Source: an uncultured Candidatus Rokubacteria bacterium (GTDB taxonomy: Bacteria; Methylomirabilota; Methylomirabilia; Rokubacteriales; DASRDR01). Taken from it: a DNA stretch of 64,000 bases. Where the stretch lies: the NCBI GenBank assembly GCA_963708025.1, contig CAVPSB010000028.1, positions 265 through 64,264 on the forward strand. The letters are read 5' to 3'. Within the stretch, counting starts at the first letter, position 1. The number at the start of each line of letters is the position of its first letter. The notes beneath the pieces were generated by a model, which made no database searches, was not told where the DNA came from, and saw only the letters and a list, made by a program, of their open reading frames with translations. Position numbers and translations under genes: made by a program. Positions 42,706 through 52,130 of this stretch are shown in pieces.

Positions 42706-43954
42706 TCACCCCACGAAGCGCCAGTCGTGGGGGGCGAGGGAGATCACCTCCGGCCCCCGCTCGGTGACGATCAGCTGCTCCTCGAGCTTGACGCTCTGCC
42801 GCCCGCCGGCCTCGCCGACCAGGGCCTCGACGCAGATCACCATGTGCTCCTGGAGCACGTCGGGGTCGTTGCCGAAACCGCTCCAGCTCACGTCCGGGAA
42901 GTAGATGGCCGGCCACTCGTCCGACATGCCGGCGCCGTGCGCGAGCACCACGTAGCGATTCGCTCGGTACTTCTCGGGATAGGCCGGGGCCTTCTCGCCG
43001 ATCTCCCGGAAGCTCGCCCCGGGGCGGAAGAGCGGGATCGACTCCTGGATGAAGCGGTACCCGACCTCGTAGAGCTCCCGCTGCTCGGCCGTCGGCTTCC
43101 GGTCGCCGCAGAGGAAGGTACGGGAGACGTCGGCGAAGTAGCCGAAGGGACCCGCCATGTCGGTGTCGAACGCCACCAGCTCCCCGTCGCGGACCAGCCG
43201 GTCCGACGCGGCCTGGTACCAGGGATTGGTGCGATCACCAGCGGCCAGCAGCCGGCCGTCGGTGTGCTCCCCGCCCAGCCGGATGTTGGTCGCGGTGAAG
43301 ACGGCCCACAGCTCGTTCTCGGTCACGCCCGGACGGATCGCGTCCCGGACCGCGCAGATGCCGATGTCGGCCACGGCGCAGGCCTGGCGGACCAGGGTCA
43401 GCTCGTCCGGCGTCTTGATCGCCCGCGCCCGCTCGACCGGCACCCGGGCGTCGGCCAGCCGGAGCTGCTGCGTCCGGAGCGCCTCGAAGCCGACGAAGTC
43501 CAGGCGATCGATCCCCAGGGGCTCGCGGGCCAGCCCGAGCTCACCCAGCGTCGCTCCGAGCTCGGCCGCCCAGCGCCGGGCAGCCTCGCCCACGTTCCGG
43601 CCACAGGGAAAGAAATCCCAGGTGCGACCCTCCCGGACGTCGATGGCGGCCTCCCCCGCCAGGGTGTCGTCGAGGCCGCCGAAGACGATCGGGCGGCCCT
43701 CGCGCGGGACGACGGCATACCGGTAGTAGGACCGGAGGGCGAAGCCGGTGGACGAGTCCCGCATCCCCGTCGCGTAGCGGATGTTGATCGGGTCGTAGAG
43801 GAGGACCGCCCCCAGCCCCGCCTTCCCGATCTCCGCCTGGAGCCGGGCCAGGCGCTCGCGCTTCAGGCGCGCGACGTTGAACGCGCGTCTCGTAGTCGAC
43901 GATCTGCTGGCCGACGAGCTCCCGCTGGTGGACGTGCTTGCCCTTGGTCGCCAC
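42706..43954 (-). CDS. M24 metallopeptidase-fold protein, DddP (DMSP lyase)-like; frameshift near 43885
   Basis: YDPINIRYAT, RLLAAGDRTNPW, AFDTD, ADVSRT, HGAGMSDEWP, CVEAL, VKLEEQ. Confidence 0.85.
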
Positions 43955-43971
43955 GGTTCTCCTCTCCCTTC

Positions 43972-44106
43972 GTTCGAGACCTCCCGCCCACCCCCCAACC
44001 CCCCTCGTTTGATCGGATCGCCGCGACGGCTCGGGCCTGCGGCCCTCGCGGCGTCCCGCCCTCCGGCGGCCACCGGGGGGAGGGGGGCCGGAAGAATCGA
44101 TCGCTT
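43972..44106 (-). repeat. G/C-run palindromic dispersed element, copy E (long loop)
   Basis: Reverse complement reads AGCGATCG..TTCCGGCCCCCCTCCCCCGG..~60 nt..GAGGGGGGTTGGGGGGTGGGCGGGAGGTCTCGAA. Confidence 0.7.
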
Positions 44107-44116
44107 CCAGGCACTC

Positions 44117-46207
44117 TCAGACCAGACGGCCGACGCGGGTTCCCTCGAGGAGGGCGTCGTACAGGCGACGCGGCGCCACCGCGTCGCCCACCCGGTGGAC
44201 CTCGAGCCGGGGCGCCGCCGCCCGCAGCCGGTCGTACAGCCCAGCGCGCGCCTCGCCGCCCAGGGCGAGCACGACGAGGTCGGCCTCGATCTCCCGCGTC
44301 TGGCCGGAATACACGTGCTCGACCCGGATCGTGCGATCCGCGACCTCCAGCACGGCGGTGAGCGGGGTCATGACCACCCCCTTGGTGAAGAGCCGCCGGT
44401 ACAGGGCCGGCCGGAGCGTCGGGTCGATGTCGAGCCCCACCATCGTCTCGCGCGTGACGATCTCGACCCGAGCGCCCGCGTCGAGGAGCGCCTCGGCGGC
44501 CCCGGGCCCGCGCATGTGGGCGTCGTCGTCGATCACGACGCACCGCTGACCCGGCCGCGCCGCGACCCGGCCCAGCAGCACCGCCTCCGCCGTCACCACG
44601 TGGGGGCGATCGGCGCCGGGCCACGCCGCCGCCCGCGGGGTGGCCCCGGTGGCGACGACGACGGCGTCCGGGCGGGCCGCAAGGAGCGCATCCACCGTGG
44701 CCTCCGTCCCGAGGCGCACCTCGAGCGCGAGCCGGCCGAGCTGGCGCGCCAGCCAGGCGATCGACCGGCCGTACTCCGCGCGGTGCGGCGCCAGGGCGGC
44801 GACGCGCACCTGGCCGCCGAGCGCGTCGCCCTGCTCGAGGAGGGTGACCCGGTGGCCCCGCTCGGCGGCGAGCCGGGCCGCCTCCATCCCGGCCGGACCG
44901 CCGCCGACGACCACGATCCGCCGGCTAACCCGCGCCGGCTCGACGGCGGTCAGCTCGGCCTCGTGGCCGATGAGCGGGTTCTGGACGCAGCGGATCGCGA
45001 GCCCCTGGTAGAGGCGCCCGATGCAGCCCTCGTTGGCCCCCGTGCAGAGCCGCACGTCCTCACGCTGGCCGGCGGCGGCCTTCGCCGGCAGGTCGGGGTC
45101 GGCGATCAGGGCCCGGGTCATGCCGACGAGGTCGGCCGCTCCCCGGCGGAGCACCTCCTCCGCCATGGCGGGGTCGATCACGCGCGCCGCCACCAGCACG
45201 GGGACGTCGACGACCTCCTTGATCGACGCCGCGTACTCGTTGAACAGGCCGAGGGGATGGTCCATCGACGGCACCGTCTTGGCCTGGAGCTCGGGCGTCT
45301 CGCCGGTGGAGCCCGAGATGCTGAGATAGTCCAGCTGGCGGAGCGCCGCCAGCCGCCCCGCGATCTCCTTCATGGCCCGGTGGTCGAGGCCGTCCTTCAG
45401 GAGCTGATCCGCGGTCATGCGGAAGCCCACGCAGAAGTCCGGCCCCACGCGGTCCCGGACGGCCTCGATCACCTCCCGCCCGAAGCGCAGCCGGTTCTCG
45501 AGCGAGCCGCCGTAGTCGTCGGTCCGGCGGTTGACGTGCGGCGACCAGAACTGCTCGATCAGGTGCCCGCCGTAGGAGGTGATCTCCACCCCGTCGTAGC
45601 CGGACCGCTTCACCCGCAGGGCGGCGGCGGCGAACGCCTCGACGAGCTCGCGGATCTCGTGGGCCTCCAGGACCTTGGGGCGCTCGCGGTGGACCGGCTC
45701 CGCCACCGCCGACGGCGCCAGCAGCGGCCGGGCGGAGGTGGCGGAGACCCCTCGCCGGCCCATGTGCGTGAGCTGGCAGAAGATCTTCGCCCCGTGGCGA
45801 TGCACCGCCTCGGCCATCGCGGCCAGGTCGGGGATGATCGAGTCGTCCCAGTTCGCGACGCCGCTCCACTCCGCCACCGACGACGACGGGTGCACCGAGC
45901 ACGAGCCGAAGGTGACGATGAGCCCGACACCGCCCCGCGCCTTGCGCTCGTAGTAGTCGCGATACCGCTCCTTCGGGTAGCCGCCGACCGCGTAGCCGGT
46001 CGCGTGCGCGGTGCTGACGATCCGGTTCCGCACGATCACCCGGTTGAGGGTGATCGGGCTGAACAGTAGGGGAAACGGCGTAGCGCTCGGACTCAGAGCG
46101 TGTGAGGGAGTCGGGGACTCCGGCTCCCCCCTCCCCCCCGCCAAAGGCCGAAGGCCGTCCATCGGTGGGGGAGGGGGGCTCGGGGGGTAGGAGGGAGGTC
46201 CCGACAA
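44117..46207 (-). CDS. NADH:flavin oxidoreductase (OYE TIM barrel + Fe-S + FAD domain; DgcA/StcD/TMADH-like)
   Basis: RNRIVSTAH, QLTHMGRR, HLIEQFWSP..NRRTDDYGGSLENR, CTGANEGC..CVQNP, VGGGPAGMEAA. Start uncertain. Confidence 0.92.
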   Translation of the reverse strand: MSGPPSYPPSPPPPPMDGLRPLAGGRGEPESPTPSHALSPSATPFPLLFSPITLNRVIVRNRIVSTAHATGYAVGGYPKERYRDYYERKARGGVGLIVTFGSCSVHPSSSVAEWSGVANWDDSIIPDLAAMAEAVHRHGAKIFCQLTHMGRRGVSATSARPLLAPSAVAEPVHRERPKVLEAHEIRELVEAFAAAALRVKRSGYDGVEITSYGGHLIEQFWSPHVNRRTDDYGGSLENRLRFGREVIEAVRDRVGPDFCVGFRMTADQLLKDGLDHRAMKEIAGRLAALRQLDYLSISGSTGETPELQAKTVPSMDHPLGLFNEYAASIKEVVDVPVLVAARVIDPAMAEEVLRRGAADLVGMTRALIADPDLPAKAAAGQREDVRLCTGANEGCIGRLYQGLAIRCVQNPLIGHEAELTAVEPARVSRRIVVVGGGPAGMEAARLAAERGHRVTLLEQGDALGGQVRVAALAPHRAEYGRSIAWLARQLGRLALEVRLGTEATVDALLAARPDAVVVATGATPRAAAWPGADRPHVVTAEAVLLGRVAARPGQRCVVIDDDAHMRGPGAAEALLDAGARVEIVTRETMVGLDIDPTLRPALYRRLFTKGVVMTPLTAVLEVADRTIRVEHVYSGQTREIEADLVVLALGGEARAGLYDRLRAAAPRLEVHRVGDAVAPRRLYDALLEGTRVGRLV
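46108..46206 (+). repeat. G/C-run palindromic dispersed element, copy F
   Basis: GGGGACTCCGGCTCCCCCC..GCCAAAGGCCGAAGGCCGTC..GGGGGAGGGGGGCTCGGGGGG..GGGAGGTCCC; loop shared with copy C. Confidence 0.8.
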
Positions 46208-46209
46208 TC

Positions 46210-47085
46210 TCAGATCGAGATCCGGAAGCCGGGGTCCGTGAACCGGGCCGAGCCGGACGCGTGCGGCCCGCCGCTCCGGGGCCAGACCCGGGGGAAGTAG
46301 TCGGAGTCCAGCCGATCGCCGGGATTCAGATCGTGGCCCTCGAAGAGCGGTCGCACCGGTCCCGGGCGCGCGGCGAACACGGTGTCGTCGCCGAGCCAGA
46401 TGACCGAGAGCGCGCGCCGGCGGCGCTCGCGCGACAGGTTACCCGGGGCCCCGTGGACCGTGAGGCCGTGGAACACGATGCAGTCGCCCGGCTCCATGTC
46501 GAAGGTGACGATGTCGTACGCTCCCCGGTCGGCCTCGATGTCCGGCATCCGCTCGTACGGGCTGTCTGGCGGATAGAGGTCCCGGCCGGTTCGCGTCAGC
46601 TCCGGCTGGAACCAGCGCCCCCAGCGGTGCGATCCCCGGACGAGCTCGAGGCAGGCGTCCTTCGCGACCCGATCGAGGGGCGTCCAGCACACGCTCATCT
46701 GACTGCCGTCGATCGGATAGTAGGGCTGGTCCTGGTGCCAGCGGGTCCGCTTGGGGGTTCCCTGCTCCTTCACCCAGATCGCGTCGTAGAAGAAGTTGGC
46801 CCGCCGGGAGCGCATGACGCGCGCCACGAGCTCGGCGGCGGGAGAGTCGAAGAGAAACTCCCGGAACTCGGGAATCCGCTGGGCCATGCAGAAGTCGGTG
46901 AGGAAGAAGCCCGGCTCGGCGGCGGTCTGCTGCAGCGTGTGGAAGGGGCCGGGCGTCCGGATGTCCTGCTCGACCCCTTCGGCCAGGAGCTCGATCCAGC
47001 GCGGGGCGAAGACCCGGCGCAGGCAGACCACGCCGTCCCGCTCGTAGGTCTCGACGTCGCGCTCGGTCACGTCGATCGCGGACAC
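46210..47085 (-). CDS. Phytanoyl-CoA dioxygenase (PhyH) family protein
   Basis: YERDGVV, WHQD, WTPLD, PGDCIVFH..TVHGA.GN..RRR. Confidence 0.9.
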   Translation of the reverse strand: MSAIDVTERDVETYERDGVVCLRRVFAPRWIELLAEGVEQDIRTPGPFHTLQQTAAEPGFFLTDFCMAQRIPEFREFLFDSPAAELVARVMRSRRANFFYDAIWVKEQGTPKRTRWHQDQPYYPIDGSQMSVCWTPLDRVAKDACLELVRGSHRWGRWFQPELTRTGRDLYPPDSPYERMPDIEADRGAYDIVTFDMEPGDCIVFHGLTVHGAPGNLSRERRRRALSVIWLGDDTVFAARPGPVRPLFEGHDLNPGDRLDSDYFPRVWPRSGGPHASGSARFTDPGFRISI

Positions 47086-47094
47086 CTCCGCCTC

Positions 47095-47712
47095 CTACCC
47101 CGGATCGGGCGACGCGCCGACGACCAGCTTGAGCGGCGTGATCCGACCCGCGTTGATCGGGCTCAAGTCCATCGGACAGGACGACACGGCGGCGACCACG
47201 TCCGTGAAGGCCCGCAGCACGATCCGGTCCCCGGCCTTCGAGGGCGCCGGGTGGAACTCGAACTCCCCGTCGGGACGCGGCGGGGTGCGCATGAAGACGT
47301 TGATGGGATCGGGAATCTGCCACTCCTCGATCCCGTACGGGGCGAGCGCCTCCAGCAGGTTCATCCGGCAGCTCCGATGGTCCGCCAGCCCGAAGCGCTG
47401 CCGGTAGAGGGCCGGGCTGCAGGCGCAGAAGAAGAGGTCGTGGACGCCGACGTCGTCCCGCGTGATCTCGAAGACGGGCTCCCGGTTGTTGTCCACCAGC
47501 CGGTCCCCCACCCTCAGGGTCCAGCGGCGGAGCGTCGAGCGCGTCTGGTGGGGCGAGAGGAACCTCCGGGGATCGTCCCGCTGGATGGCCACGAAGTCGG
47601 CGACCTGGGCGCCCTCCAGGTCGATGATCGACAGGTACTCGCCGGCGCGGACCTCGATCGCCCCGCCGCGGGCGGCCGGCACGACGACCTCCCGGGGCGC
47701 CCGTTCAACCAC
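47095..47712 (-). CDS. Urea carboxylase-associated family protein (DUF1989)
   Basis: IDLEGAQVADF, HDLFFCAC, SCRMNL, PINVFM, SSCPMD. Confidence 0.88.
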   Translation of the reverse strand: MVERAPREVVVPAARGGAIEVRAGEYLSIIDLEGAQVADFVAIQRDDPRRFLSPHQTRSTLRRWTLRVGDRLVDNNREPVFEITRDDVGVHDLFFCACSPALYRQRFGLADHRSCRMNLLEALAPYGIEEWQIPDPINVFMRTPPRPDGEFEFHPAPSKAGDRIVLRAFTDVVAAVSSCPMDLSPINAGRITPLKLVVGASPDPG

Positions 47713-47788
47713 GGGGGTGACCTCCCATTCCGGAAACGACTCTAGCGCGCCGCCCCCGGAGACTTCAACCCTCCCGCGGGGCCGCTCC

Positions 47789-49609
47789 TCACTCGACCGG
47801 CAGCAGGTCCGCCCCGGCCCACTCCGAGTAGATGATGAACTTGAACGGGTTGAGCTGCTGGTGCCGGGCCCGGAGGCCGTCCAGGGCCCTGGTCCGGAGC
47901 TCGCTCAGGGCCGGGCTCGACGGGTACGTCAGTCGGCCGAGCTCGGCGAGCCTGAGGGCGAGCGCGTGGTCACCCTGCGCAAGGAGAGCCCGAGCGCTCC
48001 GGACGAAGGCCTCTTCTCGGTGCCCGGCCAGGAGGTCGAGTGCCCCCGCCCACTCGGCCGGGGCCACCGTCTCGATCCCCTCCCCGTCCGGCTTCCAGTA
48101 GCCGGTCCGCTGGTGGTACAGGCGCTTGACGAAGTTGTCCCGCACGACGAGGTACGGGAACACCGCCTCCGGATGCTCGCGCAGCGTCGCCGGCAGGACG
48201 TTCTGGTGGAGAAGCTCGACGAGCGTGCGACTCCGCCCGATACCCTCGAGCGTGCGCGCGTAGAGCTCACGCAGGGCTGCCTCGAAGCCAGGGAGGGCTT
48301 CGATGGTAAAGAGCTCGGTGAGCGGCGGGTGGCCGTGGAGGAGCACGCGCGGGCGGAGCGAGCGGATGAGGGCGATGGTCTCGAACAGCCCCTCGGGCGA
48401 CCCCTCCGGCAGAAACGGTGCGCCGGTGTACGGCATGAACGCATCGCCCACGAATAGCACCCCTCGCTCCGGCAGGTGGATCAGCAATGCATCGTCGGTC
48501 TCACCGCCGCGAGCCGGGTAGAGCACCAGCTCGGTCCCGCTCACGGTCAGCGTCTCGCGGCTCGCCACCAGTCGGTCGGGGACCACGTGGTACTGGCGGG
48601 GGCCGTCGCCGCCGAAGAAGTAGCGAAACGGGACGCCGGTCGCGTTCACGATCCGCAGCTCGTCGGCGAACCGCGCCTGGGCGATGACCTGGGTGCCCGG
48701 CGCCCGGAGCGCCTCCAGGCCGCCGATGTGATCCCAGTGGGCGTGGGTGAGGATGGCGTGGCTGATGGGCAGCGCGGTGACCCCGCGGAGCGCCGCCAGC
48801 GCGGCCCGGGCGTTGGCCTCGGTCGTGCCGGCGTCGATGGCGACCACGCTCTCCCGCGTCACGATGAACCCGATGTCGGCGAAGTCGTAGCCCTGGGCGA
48901 CGTGGACGCCCGGCGCCGGCTCCACGAGCCGTGGCGGGCGGAAGCGGAAGCCCTCCTTCGCGGTCACCCAGTAGTCGGTGACGAACACCGGCAGGCCCGG
49001 GTCCAGCGACGGGTACCCGGAGCGCTCGAGGGCTGACCGCGCCTCGGCCTCGCGGCCGAGCGTCGTGTAGATGCGGGCCAGGCCGCGGTAGACGGGGCGG
49101 CGCAGGCCCACCGGGAACCGCTCCCTGTTCTGGAGAACCCAGTCGAGGTCGGCCAGGGCCGCCTCCGCCTTTCCAAACCGCGCGGGCAGCTCGGCCAGGA
49201 CGAGGCCCCGGAAGTACCGCGGCAGGCCCGGCTCCCGCGCGACGGCGCGATCCAGCTTGGCGACCGCATCGTTGACCCACGCCACGCGCCGGAAGAGCGA
49301 GACGTCGCCGGCCTGCCGGGCCTGGAAGAACCCCTCGAGGGCGAGGAAGAGCGACCGGTCCGGCTGACTCCGCGCCTGCTCCTGGAAGTACTCGTACCCT
49401 TCGTGGTCGCGCCGACTCGCGAGGAACCGGCCGGCGAGCCCGAGGATCGTCGGCACCGTCGCGTTCGGCCAGCGGACCGCCTCCTCGAGCGCTTCGAGCT
49501 CCAGATCACGCATGAGAGGTGCTCCGGCCAGGCCGGGGTCAACCGGTCCGAGGAAAAGCACGGGCGCCAGCGCGAGCCCGAGCGTCCATCGTCGTCGTGC
49601 GGTGGTCAT
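47789..49609 (-). CDS. TPR + metallo-beta-lactamase-fold hydrolase (alkylsulfatase-like)
   Basis: THAHWDHIGG, GGET.D, LFVGD, HGH; helical TPR-like N- and C-terminal regions; signal-like N-terminus. Confidence 0.85.
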   Translation of the reverse strand: MTTARRRWTLGLALAPVLFLGPVDPGLAGAPLMRDLELEALEEAVRWPNATVPTILGLAGRFLASRRDHEGYEYFQEQARSQPDRSLFLALEGFFQARQAGDVSLFRRVAWVNDAVAKLDRAVAREPGLPRYFRGLVLAELPARFGKAEAALADLDWVLQNRERFPVGLRRPVYRGLARIYTTLGREAEARSALERSGYPSLDPGLPVFVTDYWVTAKEGFRFRPPRLVEPAPGVHVAQGYDFADIGFIVTRESVVAIDAGTTEANARAALAALRGVTALPISHAILTHAHWDHIGGLEALRAPGTQVIAQARFADELRIVNATGVPFRYFFGGDGPRQYHVVPDRLVASRETLTVSGTELVLYPARGGETDDALLIHLPERGVLFVGDAFMPYTGAPFLPEGSPEGLFETIALIRSLRPRVLLHGHPPLTELFTIEALPGFEAALRELYARTLEGIGRSRTLVELLHQNVLPATLREHPEAVFPYLVVRDNFVKRLYHQRTGYWKPDGEGIETVAPAEWAGALDLLAGHREEAFVRSARALLAQGDHALALRLAELGRLTYPSSPALSELRTRALDGLRARHQQLNPFKFIIYSEWAGADLLPVE

Positions 49610-49695
49610 CGTCGCCTCCTGCTCGTCGGCCGATCCCGAGCCTGGACATACGGTCGCCAGGCTCGGTCGCTTTCTTCTCCGATCGGCCTTCTCTT

Positions 49696-49709
49696 GATGT
49701 GTACGCATC
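49696..49709. promoter_or_regulatory. Candidate MarR operator upstream of the MBL gene
   Basis: GATGTGTACGCATC near-palindrome, 13/14 identical to 50265-50278. Confidence 0.7.
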
Positions 49710-49751
49710 ATCATCGACGCACGTGGCGGCCGAGGGATTCCGTCACGGGCT

Positions 49752-50258
49752 TTAGCTCGAGGCCGCGCGGTGGCGGCGGACGCTCGGGGTGGAGCGTCCG
49801 GCGCCCGGCTCGATGGCTTGAATGGTGGGGACGATCTTCCCGAGCGCCCGGGCCAGGGCGGCCCAGGCGTTGCTGCCGAGGGCGCGCACCAGCCGCGCCT
49901 GCACCCGCTCCCAGATGGGGAGCGCCTGCTCCAGCAGCTCCTGACCCTTCGGGGTCAACGACGCCGTCCGTTCGCGCCGGGTCCGGCCAGGCAGGACCCG
50001 CAGGCAGCCGCGCCGCTCCAGCGGCTTCACCGCCCGATAGAGGGAGGTGCGGTCGAGCACGAGCGCCTGGGCGAGGCGGCTCAGGGGAACCGGGCCGCGG
50101 AGGTGGACGGCGATGAGGATCGTGAACTGGGTCGCGGTGAGCTTCAGCGGGGCGAAGGCCGCCTCGTACAGCCGCGAGGTGGCCCGCGATGCGCGGCGGA
50201 GGCTCCCGCAGGCGCACATGTCCGCGGCCAGCTCGCAGACCCGGGACAGCTCACTCAT
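49752..50258 (-). CDS. MarR family transcriptional regulator
   Basis: CACGSLRRASR, LTATQFTIL, LDRTSL.R..KPLE, LTPKG. Confidence 0.92.
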   Translation of the reverse strand: MSELSRVCELAADMCACGSLRRASRATSRLYEAAFAPLKLTATQFTILIAVHLRGPVPLSRLAQALVLDRTSLYRAVKPLERRGCLRVLPGRTRRERTASLTPKGQELLEQALPIWERVQARLVRALGSNAWAALARALGKIVPTIQAIEPGAGRSTPSVRRHRAASS

Positions 50259-50264
50259 GCTTAA

Positions 50265-50295
50265 GATGTATACGCATCGTTCTCGTGGCTGTCAA
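50265..50295 (-). promoter_or_regulatory. marR promoter with autoregulatory operator
   Basis: TTGACA-17 bp-TATACA on the minus strand, overlapped by GATGTATACGCATC; ATG follows within ~8 nt. Confidence 0.65.
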
Positions 50296-50309
50296 GCGCG
50301 ATCGGGCGG

Positions 50310-51257
50310 TCACGCCTCGGGATGCGTGGTGATGAAGCGCGCCGCCCGGGCGGGGTCCACCCGGGGGGCGCGGACCTCCACGCCCGCCGCCTCCTCCTGG
50401 AGCCGGAAGACCACGTTGTTGTCCTGGTCGGCCCAGCCGCGGTTGACGGCCTGGATGGCGATCTGCTCGGCCAGGTTGGTCAGCGGCATGGGGACCTGGT
50501 ACTCGCGCGCCAGCTCGGTGGCCAGGCCGATGTCCTTGCGGGCCAGGGCCAGGCTGAACGTCGCCGGGTACTCCCCGCGGAAGACCGTGCGGGGCAGCGC
50601 CTCGTGGAGATAGCTCATGCGGCCGAGGGCGCCGCGGCGGACGCACTCCCACAGGGCCTCGGCCTCGACGCCGGCCTTGACTCCCAGGGTGAGGCCCTCG
50701 GCGACGGCCTGGCGGACGCTGTGGCCGATCATGTTGTGGACGAGCTTGGCCACGCACCCGGCGCCGATCGCCCCCGCGTAGAAGACCTTGTCGCCGAAGG
50801 CGTCGAGGACGGGCCTGACGCGCTCGAAGACGGCGCGCTCTCCCCCGACCATGACGGCGAGGTTGCGGCTCTCGGCGCCGGTCTTGCCGCCGCTCACGGG
50901 AGCGTCCAGGACGTGCGCGCCCTTCGCGCGGAAGCGCGGCTCGAGCGACCGGATCAGCGTGGGCCGGCTGGTAGAAGTGTCGATCCAGACGCCGCCGGGG
51001 GCGATGCCCTCCAGGAGACCGCCGGCGCCGGTGGCGACGGCCTCCACCTCGGGCGGACCGGGCAGCGACGTGATGGTCACGTCCGACTGGCGCGCCACCT
51101 CGGCGGGCGACGACCCGACCCGGGCGCCGCCCTCGGCCAGGCGGCGGGCGGCATCGGCCCGCACGTCGTGGACGACGAGGGCGTAGCCGGCCTTCCGGAT
51201 GTTGCTCGCCATCGCCGCCCCCATGTTGCCGAGCCCGATGAACCCGACCGTCTTCAT
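50310..51257 (-). CDS. Beta-hydroxyacid dehydrogenase (3-hydroxyisobutyrate/tartronate semialdehyde reductase family)
   Basis: GFIGLGNMG, LDAPVSGG, AKLVHN, LARKD. Confidence 0.92.
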   Translation of the reverse strand: MKTVGFIGLGNMGAAMASNIRKAGYALVVHDVRADAARRLAEGGARVGSSPAEVARQSDVTITSLPGPPEVEAVATGAGGLLEGIAPGGVWIDTSTSRPTLIRSLEPRFRAKGAHVLDAPVSGGKTGAESRNLAVMVGGERAVFERVRPVLDAFGDKVFYAGAIGAGCVAKLVHNMIGHSVRQAVAEGLTLGVKAGVEAEALWECVRRGALGRMSYLHEALPRTVFRGEYPATFSLALARKDIGLATELAREYQVPMPLTNLAEQIAIQAVNRGWADQDNNVVFRLQEEAAGVEVRAPRVDPARAARFITTHPEA

Positions 51258-51477
51258 GATTCCCTCCGGGAGAATGGGTATCCGCGCGTGAGCCAACCCC
51301 GCGCGAGTATACGCCGTCCCCTGGAGCGTCCGACACTGTCGACGGCAGGGCCCGTACTCTCCGGGTCACCCTTCCGCGTCGCTCGTATCGGGACACCATC
51401 CCCATCCGAGGCGACACGCCTGTCCGGAACTATGGTATACGGGCCCTGACCCCGGTCTTTCCCAGGAGGAGGCGCGG

Positions 51478-52068
51478 ATGAGCCAGCAGGTGACGGTGCC
51501 GGCCCGGCAGGGCGCGGCGGTGCGGGTCCGGGCCGGCCAGAGCTTTCGCGTCATCGACGTCGAGGGTCGCCAGTGCGCGGACCTGTTCGCCTTCTGCGCC
51601 GACGACGTCACCGAGTACGCCAGCGCCGAGCACACGCGCCCCCACGTGAACCGGCTCTTCCCGCAGGTCGGGGAGCACTTCGTGACCAACCGACGGCGCC
51701 CGATCCTCTTCTTCGCGGCCGACCACTCACCCGGGGTCCACGACATGCTGGTCGCCGCCTGTGATCCCAGCCGCTACGTCGCGCTCGGCGTCGAGGGCTG
51801 GCACGCCTCCTGTCAGGAGAACCTGCTCGCGGTCATGCGCCGGCTCGGGTTCGACCGGGTCGAGGTGCCGCAGCCGATCAACCTGTTCACCAACATCCCC
51901 CTGGTCAACGGGAGGCTCGACTGGCGGCCGGCCCTGACCCGACCCGGGGACTCGGTGACGCTGCGCGCCGAGCTCGACTGCCACGTCGTCGTCTCGTCCT
52001 GTCCGAACGACGTCCTGGCCATCAACGACAAGCACATCACGCCGCTGGCGATCGAGCTCGTCGACTGA
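51478..52068 (+). CDS. Urea carboxylase-associated family protein (DUF1989)
   Basis: IDVEGRQCADL, HDMLVAAC, SCQENL, PINLF, SSCPND. Confidence 0.88.
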   Translation: MSQQVTVPARQGAAVRVRAGQSFRVIDVEGRQCADLFAFCADDVTEYASAEHTRPHVNRLFPQVGEHFVTNRRRPILFFAADHSPGVHDMLVAACDPSRYVALGVEGWHASCQENLLAVMRRLGFDRVEVPQPINLFTNIPLVNGRLDWRPALTRPGDSVTLRAELDCHVVVSSCPNDVLAINDKHITPLAIELVD

Positions 52069-52130
52069 GTGCTACTTCCACCGGAAGGACCACGCGGCCA
52101 GCCCGGCCGGGGGTGCCCGGGAGGAGTGAG

